Below are positions 24,678 to 33,942 of a stretch of DNA of 33,942 nt, piece after piece (position 1 is the first letter of the stretch; each line of letters begins with the position of its first letter). The position numbers and the translations under genes were made by a program. Under the pieces are notes generated by a model that was not told the DNA's origin, ran no database searches, and was given only the letters and a program-made list of their open reading frames with translations. This DNA comes from an uncultured bacterium (GTDB lineage Bacteria > Bacteroidota > Bacteroidia > Chitinophagales > CAIOSU01), in contig CAIOSU010000302.1 of NCBI GenBank assembly GCA_903861055.1, positions 1 through 33,942 of the forward strand, written 5' to 3'.

Positions 24678-26579
24678 ATGAGCGAGAGTATTAAGCATGA
24701 GTGCGGCATTGCCGTTATTCGACTACTAAAGCCACTAGAATTTTACCAAGAGAAATATGGTACGGCCCTGTATGGCCTCAATAAGCTGTACCTGTTGATG
24801 GAGAAACAGCACAACCGCGGCCAAGATGGCGTGGGCGTGGCTACCATTAAGCTCGACCCGGTGCCCGGAAACCGCTACATAAGCCGCCAGCGCAGCAACA
24901 GTAGCCAACCCATAAAAGATGTTTTTAAGGAAATTTTCGAGCCATTTATCCAGCTTGAAAAAACAGAGCCTGCCAAAATGCGCGATGCCAATTGGCTGAA
25001 GCACAACATGAAATACATTGGCGAGGTTATGATGGGCCACCTTCGCTACGGCACGCACGGTAAGAATAGCATTGAGGCTTGCCACCCGTTCCTTCGCCAA
25101 AACAACTGGATGACCCGCAACCTGGTGTTGGCAGGCAACTTTAACATGACCAATGTTGATGAGTTGTTTGAGCAGTTGATGGAACTAGGCCAGCACCCTA
25201 AGGAAATGACCGATACGGTAATTGTGTTGGAAAAAATCGGTCATTTTCTGGATATGGAGATACAACGCTTGTTTGACTTGTTTAAGTCGCAAGGGTATAG
25301 TAACAACGATATAACCCACATGATTGCCGATGAGCTGGACCTGCACAAAATACTGAGCCGCTCAATGAAAGATTTGGATGGCGGGTATGTAATGACCGGT
25401 ATGATTGGTCATGGCGATGCGTTTGTAATTCGCGACCCGAACGGCATTCGCCCAGCCTATTGGTACCAAGATGATGAGGTAGTGGTAGTAGCCAGCGAAC
25501 GACCTGCCATACAAACCACCTTCAATGTACCCGAAGAGAAGATATTGGAAATAGCGCCCGGCCATGCCGTTATCATTAAAAAGAACGGGCAAATAAGCCA
25601 TTTAGAGTGTGCACCCCCAAAACCGAAACGCTCTTGTAGTTTCGAGCGGATCTATTTTTCAAGGGGCAACGACAAGGATATTTACCAAGAGCGCAAAAAA
25701 TTGGGGCATTTGCTTACCCCTACCGTGTTGAATGCAGTAAACCACGACTTGGAGAATACCATTTTCTCGTATATACCCAACACTGCCGAAACCGCCTACT
25801 ATGGCTTGGTCGATGGTATTTTGGACCATTTGAAGACTTACCGTAAAGACGAGATAAAGCGCCTAGGTGCAAATATTACCGAAGAACAGCTAGACCACAT
25901 TTTCAATATGTCGCCACGCTTGGAAAAGTTGGCCGTAAAAGATATTAAGCTGCGCACATTTATTACCGACGATTCATCTAGAAACGAGCTGGTATCGCAC
26001 GTGTATGATGTTACTTATGGCTTAATAAGGAAAGGTGTTGATACTATTGTTGCGCTGGACGACTCGATTGTGAGAGGTACTACCTTGCAACAAAGCATAC
26101 TCAGCATTTTCGATAGATTGGGACCCAAGAAAATCATCATCGTATCGTCGGCGCCGCAAATACGCTACCCCGATTGTTATGGTATCGATATGTCGCGTAT
26201 GCAAGAGTTTGTGGCCTTTCGTGCCGCTATTGCGTTGCTACAAGATACCGGCCAAGGGCACATCATTAAAGATACGTTTGAAAAGTGCCGAGCTGCCAAC
26301 CTGTTGCCGCTTCACGAAGTACGCAACGAAGTGAAGGCCATCTATGCGCCATTTACCCCTGAGCAAATCAGTGCCAAAGCCGCAGAGTTGCTGAAACCAA
26401 AGCATATTTTCAGTGATGTACAGATTATTTTCCAGACCATTGAAAACCTGCACGTGGCTACTCCCGAGCACTTGGGTGACTGGTACTTTAGCGGCGACTA
26501 CCCAACCCCGGGCGGCAACCGTGTGGTAAACCAATCGTTTATGAACTACTACGAAGGAAAAGACAAACGCGCTTATTAA
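24678..26579 (+). CDS. purF: Amidophosphoribosyltransferase, long Bacteroidota-type (class II Ntn glutamine amidotransferase + PRTase)
   Basis: 633 aa. The nucleophile Cys lies in MSESIKHECGIAVI, and the PRPP-binding loop is IVALDDSIVRGTT. Confidence 0.85.
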   Translation: MSESIKHECGIAVIRLLKPLEFYQEKYGTALYGLNKLYLLMEKQHNRGQDGVGVATIKLDPVPGNRYISRQRSNSSQPIKDVFKEIFEPFIQLEKTEPAKMRDANWLKHNMKYIGEVMMGHLRYGTHGKNSIEACHPFLRQNNWMTRNLVLAGNFNMTNVDELFEQLMELGQHPKEMTDTVIVLEKIGHFLDMEIQRLFDLFKSQGYSNNDITHMIADELDLHKILSRSMKDLDGGYVMTGMIGHGDAFVIRDPNGIRPAYWYQDDEVVVVASERPAIQTTFNVPEEKILEIAPGHAVIIKKNGQISHLECAPPKPKRSCSFERIYFSRGNDKDIYQERKKLGHLLTPTVLNAVNHDLENTIFSYIPNTAETAYYGLVDGILDHLKTYRKDEIKRLGANITEEQLDHIFNMSPRLEKLAVKDIKLRTFITDDSSRNELVSHVYDVTYGLIRKGVDTIVALDDSIVRGTTLQQSILSIFDRLGPKKIIIVSSAPQIRYPDCYGIDMSRMQEFVAFRAAIALLQDTGQGHIIKDTFEKCRAANLLPLHEVRNEVKAIYAPFTPEQISAKAAELLKPKHIFSDVQIIFQTIENLHVATPEHLGDWYFSGDYPTPGGNRVVNQSFMNYYEGKDKRAY

Positions 26580-26610
26580 TAGCACCGAGTATTTTCACCT
26601 AATTATTCAG

Positions 26611-26646
26611 CGGCCGTGCCTATCTCAGGTGCGGCCGTTTTGTTTT
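26611..26646 (+). terminator. Rho-independent terminator after purF
   Basis: cggccgtgcc / ggtgcggccg forms a 10-bp stem (two G-U pairs) with loop tatctca, followed by ttttgtttt. Confidence 0.7.
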
Positions 26647-26746
26647 GTAGCCCACGGTGTGGCTTGTGCAGTTGCATTGGCAATGCAGCAATACTGCTTG
26701 TATTGCGTTTAAAGTAATTGGGTGTCATCTACAAAACGGCCTGCTT

Positions 26747-26771
26747 ATAGTTTTTCTCTATCGGCACATAG
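26747..26771 (+). promoter_or_regulatory. Candidate OxyR-type operator upstream of katG (ATAG-N7-CTAT-N6-ATAG)
   Basis: ATAG at 26747-50, CTAT at 26758-61 and ATAG at 26768-71. This resembles three quarters of the ATAG-N7-CTAT-N7-ATAG-N7-CTAT consensus. It lies about 80-100 nt upstream of the ATG at 26847. Confidence 0.25.
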
Positions 26772-26819
26772 AAACAATCAATTTGATTTATGTATAGCTT
26801 ATTGTGTACTTTACATTAA

Positions 26820-29156
<2,337 letters not shown>

Positions 29157-29175
29157 TGGCTACTTAGATGAACGG

Positions 29176-29212
29176 GAGCCGGCTGCGCAAGTAGCCGGCT
29201 CTTTTTGTTTTT
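29176..29212 (+). terminator. Rho-independent terminator after katG
   Basis: gagccggct / agccggctc forms a perfect 9-bp stem with an 8-nt loop, followed by tttttgttttt. Confidence 0.8.
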
Positions 29213-29600
29213 GGCAGAAGTATTGTAAGCGCCATATTCAGGCTCAGCAAGCCCACCCCTTACTCTGTCAGCACCTTGCCGTTGGCGGCGTTGGGCGTGC
29301 TATACACACCATGCTCCAGCGTGCTTTAGAACATTCTGGCGGTTCGGTTACAGTATAGCTCCTATTAATTGACCGCTCAAAGGGCCTTTTTCAAAGGCTT
29401 TTCATTGGATTATCCAATTCAGCATGTAAGTATATATGCTTATTGTTTGAATGTGGTTCGATTAATAACTTTACTGGTGATTTTAAAAAATAAATAATCT
29501 AATAATTAGTAGGTTTTAAGTTTTGTAAGGTGGGGTCTATAACCCAAATCGAAACATTGTACGGCTTCTGTTTTTATTAACAATCAATATTTTTTTAGCA

Positions 29601-30026
29601 ATGAAGAATCTTAGTTTAGTTTTTTTAGCTACAGTTTTTTTAGCAGGGGTGCTTCTTTCGGGATGCAAAAAAGACGACAAAAGCTTAATTGAAGGAACCT
29701 GGTTCCGAGTAAAGTTGGAGGAACGCACCGGTAATAATCAATGGCAAGTGAATTCGCAAAGCTGTAAGTTGGATGATGTAGAGGTTTATGAGAAAGGAGG
29801 AGGTTGGACATTTTATGCAGGCCCCAACCAGTGTAGCCCTGGAACAGGTGTAATAGCTGGTACATGGGAGCTTCGTGCTTCGGATACCAAAGTTGTTTTT
29901 ACTTATGATAATGCCGTGGGAGAGTATGAATCGACGGTAGAGGTACTTACTGAAGAAAGTCTTGTTTTAACTAATAGTGCTGGCGATTTAAGCAATACGC
30001 AATACAGATCTACTTACACTAAATAA
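29601..30026 (+). CDS. Lipocalin-like lipoprotein
   Basis: 141 aa. It has a signal peptide with lipobox LLSGC, and the EGTWFRV and AGTWELR motifs typical of the bacterial lipocalin-like domain. Confidence 0.65.
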   Translation: MKNLSLVFLATVFLAGVLLSGCKKDDKSLIEGTWFRVKLEERTGNNQWQVNSQSCKLDDVEVYEKGGGWTFYAGPNQCSPGTGVIAGTWELRASDTKVVFTYDNAVGEYESTVEVLTEESLVLTNSAGDLSNTQYRSTYTK

Positions 30027-30084
30027 CTTAAAAGCCGCCAAGCCGAAAACGGAATTTAAAGAGTAGGCAACCAACAACTAACCA

Positions 30085-30951
30085 ATGAAAAATTCTTCTG
30101 AAATCGTTAAAGCAAAGATGCCGTCAATCAACATAAACAATGTTGTTTTAGTGCTCATGTTGATTTGCTCCATGTTTTTGCTTCCAAGTTGCGATAAGTG
30201 CAAAGATGTAGATTGCAATAATGGTACTTGCAATGACGGCACTTGCGATTGTGATTATGGCTACTATGGCTCCTCTTGTCAATTAGGTAGCTCTTCTTCT
30301 GGAGGAAGCACCTCAAGCGGTAGCGGTTCGGGCAGTACTAGTTCTTCATCTGGCGGTGCTAACACTTGCACAACAAATGTTGCGGGTTGCGATCCAAGTC
30401 AATACTCTTGCGATGCAAGCGCTAGTTGTTATACTACCTATACTGCTTGTGCCAATTCAGGTACCTGTGCCTCATCAGGTGGCAGCGGCAGCGGCAGCAC
30501 AAGCTCTAGCTCTTCTACAGGTGGCTTTACTACTGCCTGTGCTACAAATGTTGCCGGTTGCGACCCAAGCCAATACTCATGCGATGCAAGCGCTAGTTGT
30601 TATGCTACTTATGCTGATTGTGTCAATTCTGGCACCTGTGCCTCATCGGGTGGTAGCAGCAGTAGCAGCACTAGCTCTAGCTCTTCTTCTGGCGGTTCAG
30701 CTGGGCAGGTTACGTTTTATACCACTCAAGATTTCAGTTGCGGTAATATTACCGTTAGCGTTAATGGCGGCAATGCGGTAATTGCCCAATTTTACACAAG
30801 CGGAGTGTCGGGCTGCGGCGCTAATGGTTGCGCAACTTTTACGCTTAATCCGGGACAGTATTCTTTCTCTGCTTCTTGCCCTTCACGCACTTGGGGACCA
30901 GGATCATTTACGGTTACCTCTGGTGGATGCCTGCTATACGAACTACAATAA
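30085..30951 (+). CDS. Cys-rich exported (probably lipo-)protein with an EGF-signature module, Ser/Gly linkers, two 57-aa six-Cys repeats and a C-terminal beta-rich domain
   Basis: 288 aa (277 aa if the start is ATG 30118) with 25 Cys. It has a lipobox-like LLPSC. CKDVDCNNGTCNDGTCDCDYGYYGSSC has the C-x-C-x2-G-Y-x4-C EGF-type spacing. The low-complexity S/G runs keep the frame open. Confidence 0.7.
   Translation: MKNSSEIVKAKMPSININNVVLVLMLICSMFLLPSCDKCKDVDCNNGTCNDGTCDCDYGYYGSSCQLGSSSSGGSTSSGSGSGSTSSSSGGANTCTTNVAGCDPSQYSCDASASCYTTYTACANSGTCASSGGSGSGSTSSSSSTGGFTTACATNVAGCDPSQYSCDASASCYATYADCVNSGTCASSGGSSSSSTSSSSSSGGSAGQVTFYTTQDFSCGNITVSVNGGNAVIAQFYTSGVSGCGANGCATFTLNPGQYSFSASCPSRTWGPGSFTVTSGGCLLYELQ
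30367..30708 (+). repeat. 171-nt (57-aa) tandem coding duplication (C[TA]TNVAGCDPSQYSCDASASCY.TY..C.NSGTCASSGG + S-rich linker)
   Basis: The copies start at 30367 and 30538. By eye the nucleotide identity is high over the Cys-module part. Confidence 0.8.
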
Positions 30952-30962
30952 ATCATTGAAGT

Positions 30963-32009
30963 TTGGATGAATCTATAAAAAACCGACCAGGCGTAACTGT
31001 TTCCGTTTGGTCGGTTTTAGCCGATGTATTGGCAATTGCAGGAGGATACTTTTTGTACACTCTTGCGCCTTATTTTAATCAACTGCTTTCAGAAAGGGTT
31101 GTTGATTTCCTTCCTTTGCTTGCTGGAAGTCTTTTTATCGGGTCAATAACAGTATGTATTTTTGAAATTTCATGCAAAAATGCATACATATCGGTAAGTT
31201 CTAAGGCCCTTTCCTATTTTTTTGAAAAACTACGGGGATTGTTCGCTAAGGAGCCATCTCTGGCAAACGTCCTTTCTAAAGACAATACTAACAAACACGC
31301 GTTCTTCATTTTATTGGTTAAGATTTTTTATGTTCCAATGATGCTCCAGTTCATGGTAAGCAACTTCTGGTTTCTGTATAACTATGTCTTACACATGAAC
31401 TATAGTTTGCCAGAGAACTTTATCTCGGTTTTTAATATCACTATTTATCCTTTTTTGATAGGGGCGTGCTTTTTTGTGGATACGGTGTTTTTCTTTTTTG
31501 GCTACTTAATCTACTCTGAGGCGTTAGGCAATACCATTAGATCCGTTGAAACAACTTTTTTAGGATGGGCGGTTGCATTACTCTGTTATCCTCCATTTAA
31601 TTACATTACCGCTAATTTTATTCCTGCGCTGTACCACGACCAACCTGACACGGGCAATCCTCTTCTTACCTTTACTTTGCGCATTACCATGTTTGCTTTG
31701 TTGCTTGTATACACGCTAGCCACCTTAAACTTAGGGTGGAAAAGCTCTAATTTAACCAACAGGGGCATTGTTTCTCACGGTGTATATGCCATTGTAAGGC
31801 ATCCGGCCTATATTGCTAAAAACTTGTTCTGGTGGCTTTCGCTGTTGCCTATTGTTGCAAACAAGCCTGAAGCACTTTTGTATATGGCCGCATGGTCGTT
31901 TCTGTATTTTTTAAGAGCCATTACCGAAGAAAGACATTTACGGCAAGACCCAGATTATGCTGCCTATTGCGGAAAGGTAAAGTATCGTTTTATCCCTAAA
32001 ATATATTAA
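30963..32009 (+). CDS. Polytopic membrane protein with a C-terminal ICMT/PEMT-type (isoprenylcysteine carboxyl / phospholipid) methyltransferase domain
   Basis: 348 aa. GVYAIVRHPAYIAKNLFWW ... ITEERHLRQDPDYAAYCGKVKYRFIP matches the RHPxY...EE..L....Y..Y...V...IP hallmark. The N-terminal ~190 aa is an extra multi-helix region. The only nearby in-frame start is TTG at 30963, so the start is uncertain. Confidence 0.7.
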   Translation: MDESIKNRPGVTVSVWSVLADVLAIAGGYFLYTLAPYFNQLLSERVVDFLPLLAGSLFIGSITVCIFEISCKNAYISVSSKALSYFFEKLRGLFAKEPSLANVLSKDNTNKHAFFILLVKIFYVPMMLQFMVSNFWFLYNYVLHMNYSLPENFISVFNITIYPFLIGACFFVDTVFFFFGYLIYSEALGNTIRSVETTFLGWAVALLCYPPFNYITANFIPALYHDQPDTGNPLLTFTLRITMFALLLVYTLATLNLGWKSSNLTNRGIVSHGVYAIVRHPAYIAKNLFWWLSLLPIVANKPEALLYMAAWSFLYFLRAITEERHLRQDPDYAAYCGKVKYRFIPKIY

Positions 32010-32015
32010 CAACGT

Positions 32016-32687
32016 ATGAGCTCGTCACAGTTTAAACTATTGCTCCTTTTACAAATTGTAACCTTGTTCCTGGTAGGTATGTTGTTTTTCAAACCGTCGG
32101 CAGTTTCCAATGTCGGAAAACCATTAAGCGGAATTCCGGTGAAGGGCATTGCTGGTAAAAATGTTGGAAAGGTAGCGTTTGGAGATAACTATGTTTTTGG
32201 TAGCCCTGAAGCCAAAAATGAGCTAGTTGTTTTTAGCAGATACAACTGCGGTTTCTGCCGCGACTTCTATAACGAGACTTTTGATAGCTTGAAAGTAAAA
32301 TATGTACTAACGGGCAAGTTGAAGATTGTTTTTATGGATAATGTAAACCCAACTGACCAGCAGGGCATGCTCATGGCGCAGGTTGCAGAGATTGGAAAGC
32401 AACTGGATTTATATGAGGCCATACAAACTCAATTGTACAAAGGCAATCAGCCAGAAGATTCTTTGGAAGTAATTGAAAGAGCGCTTTCGGTTGGAATGAA
32501 CGAACAACAATTAAAAGACCTACTCGGTAAAACTGAAACAACGGAAAGCGTTCTAAAAGATAACCTAGAAGTAGATCGCTTGCAGCTTACTGGTACGCCG
32601 TCATTTGTAATTAATGGCAATATAATTGTTGGGTTTAAAGGATATCAAGAGTTTATAACTCAAATGGAGCAGTTTATGGTTCAATAA
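32016..32687 (+). CDS. Membrane-anchored DsbA-like thiol:disulfide oxidoreductase (thioredoxin fold)
   Basis: 223 aa with an N-terminal anchor LLLLLQIVTLFLVGMLFF, the CxxC motif FSRYNCGFC, and a cis-Pro loop LTGTPSFVING. It lies 6 nt after the upstream gene. Confidence 0.75.
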   Translation: MSSSQFKLLLLLQIVTLFLVGMLFFKPSAVSNVGKPLSGIPVKGIAGKNVGKVAFGDNYVFGSPEAKNELVVFSRYNCGFCRDFYNETFDSLKVKYVLTGKLKIVFMDNVNPTDQQGMLMAQVAEIGKQLDLYEAIQTQLYKGNQPEDSLEVIERALSVGMNEQQLKDLLGKTETTESVLKDNLEVDRLQLTGTPSFVINGNIIVGFKGYQEFITQMEQFMVQ

Positions 32688-33195
32688 CTTCTAACTCCCT
32701 TCCCACATCTGCCGCAAGCACAATAACCCCGCACGGTAGCTTAATGGGGAGAATGCTCTTGGTGGGGTTGGCCTATTTGAAATCATTGACGACCATATGA
32801 CAGTTTTCTGTTGTTTGATGCCTGCAAAAAATGGTTGAAAAAAGGGATGTTAGCGATGGACGGACTCGTGAATCTTGCAGAAAAGGATCAATTCTGGTAC
32901 TCGGGTCGGGTAATGTTGTTTGTTGGTTAATTTAAGCTATTTAATTACGTTGGTAATGAAACTAGAACATGTTAATGAAAGGAGACCTTCAAGAACGGTT
33001 CTGTGAGAATACAGGGGTGAGATTCGTTTGTATGAACCGATTATGGGCAAGCTTAACAGAAAACATTCAGGAAACGTCCTGACAAGGCAAGTAATAGTTC
33101 TTCTTAACGGTTTTTTAATTAAACGACCAACAAGAGACAAAAGTGGAGGATAGCGATCATTCAAAAAAAATGAAACTTTTAAAACATAAAGTCAA

Positions 33196-33942
33196 TATGA
33201 AAAATAAGTTAATAAAAATCATTTTTATTGCAATACTTTCAATATTCGGCTGGAGCAATTCTTTAAAATCTCAAACGCTTGCTACGGGTGCTGGATTTTC
33301 ATTATATGTATGCGATAATGGGACAGTAAATTCTTGGGGTAGAGAATTTGAAGGTCAGTTGGGACGGCCATTTACCGATTATTGGAATCCTTATCCAAAT
33401 TCGATACCGGGTCTGTCAAATGTGTCGGCTGTTGCTGCAGGTTTAAACCATTCTTTAGCGCTTAAAGGGGATGGCACCGTATGGACTTGGGGAAAAGAAG
33501 ACGCCTGTTTTTTAACAAATAATGTAAAGCCAGGCCCTGTAGAGCCAGAACAGGCAATCGGATTAAGCAATATCATTGCAATTGCTGCGGGTGAAACACA
33601 CTCTCTGGCTTTAAAAAGTGATGGAACCGTTTGGGCTGCTGGACGGAACACTTTTGGTCAGCTCGGAAACGGAACCTTTGTCTCTAGTAATACTGCCGAG
33701 CAGGTAAATGGTCTAACGAATATAGTAAAAATTGATGCCGGACATGATCATAATATTGCATTAAAAAACGATGGAACGGTTTGGACTTGGGGCTGGAATG
33801 GGTTCGGTGGTCTGGGAAACGGCACTACCGCAAACCTCAATACTCCCATTCAAGTTATAGGACTTCAAAATGTGGTAGATATATCTGCTTCAAAGAAATG
33901 CTCTTATGCATTAAAAAACGATGGCACTGTATGGGAATGGGG
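33196..33942 (+). CDS. Secreted RCC1-repeat (beta-propeller) protein, 3' end outside the window, with an apparent +1 frame disruption near 33883-33907
   Basis: It is absent from the ORF track because it has no stop in the window. The ATG at 33196 gives a signal peptide (MKNKLIKIIFIAILSIFGW). RCC1 blades then recur: HSLALKGDGTVWTWG, HSLALKSDGTVWAAGRNTFGQLGNG, HNIALKNDGTVWTWGWNGFGGLGNG. The last blade (SYALKNDGTVWEWG) is only read in the +1 frame. Confidence 0.75.

Noticed and set aside
30940-30951. CaaX-type C-terminus on the Cys-rich protein as a substrate for the adjacent ICMT-like enzyme
   Set aside because: The last Cys is followed by six residues (CLLYELQ), not by three. The lipocalin-like protein also has no C-terminal Cys.
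32937-33164. 75-aa minus-strand ORF in the 508-nt gap before the RCC1 gene, plus small plus-strand ORFs there
   Set aside because: They have no motifs, no convincing start context, and an AT-rich region. The gap is left unannotated.
33391-33651. 86-aa minus-strand ORF
   Set aside because: It is antisense to clear RCC1 blades on the plus strand.

Overview
The window is a 33.9 kb chromosomal segment that looks Bacteroidota-derived. Supporting signs are T9SS type-A and type-B C-terminal sorting domains, a giant SprB-repeat adhesin, and TAnnTTTG-type -7 promoter boxes. I recognised no rRNA, tRNA, CRISPR array, transposase, integrase or reverse transcriptase.

Well-supported core genes:
- a Cys/Met-metabolism PLP enzyme
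- a 2-keto-3-deoxygluconate (KDG) uronate-catabolism module: kduD, kduI, kdgK, eda and an ExuT-like MFS transporter
- recR, a long-form purF, an acyl-CoA thioesterase, and katG with a signal peptide

Between these lie AT-shifted accessory blocks encoding exported proteins:
- Positions 2-4882: a 5'-truncated SprB-repeat adhesin.
- Positions 9378-10628: a collagen-like protein with 56 uninterrupted G-X-Y triplets, followed by a 426-nt non-coding stretch carrying a tmRNA/tRNA-like relic.
- Positions 11055-15859: a cluster of secreted proteins. It holds a PHM/DBH-like copper monooxygenase with a variant CX4CH cytochrome-like N-domain, a translationally coupled PCMD-like plus dockerin/cohesin-like pair, and an FGE-fold protein lacking one catalytic Cys.
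- Positions 29601-32687: a tightly packed cassette of a lipocalin-like lipoprotein, a 25-Cys EGF-signature protein, a polytopic ICMT/PEMT-type methyltransferase and a DsbA-like oxidoreductase. An RCC1-repeat gene follows, runs off the window, and appears frameshifted near 33900.

The best candidates for undescribed biology are the Cys-rich/ICMT/DsbA cassette and the T9SS-exported PHM-like monooxygenase. Both calls rest on motif recognition by eye and need HMM, structure and neighbourhood checks.
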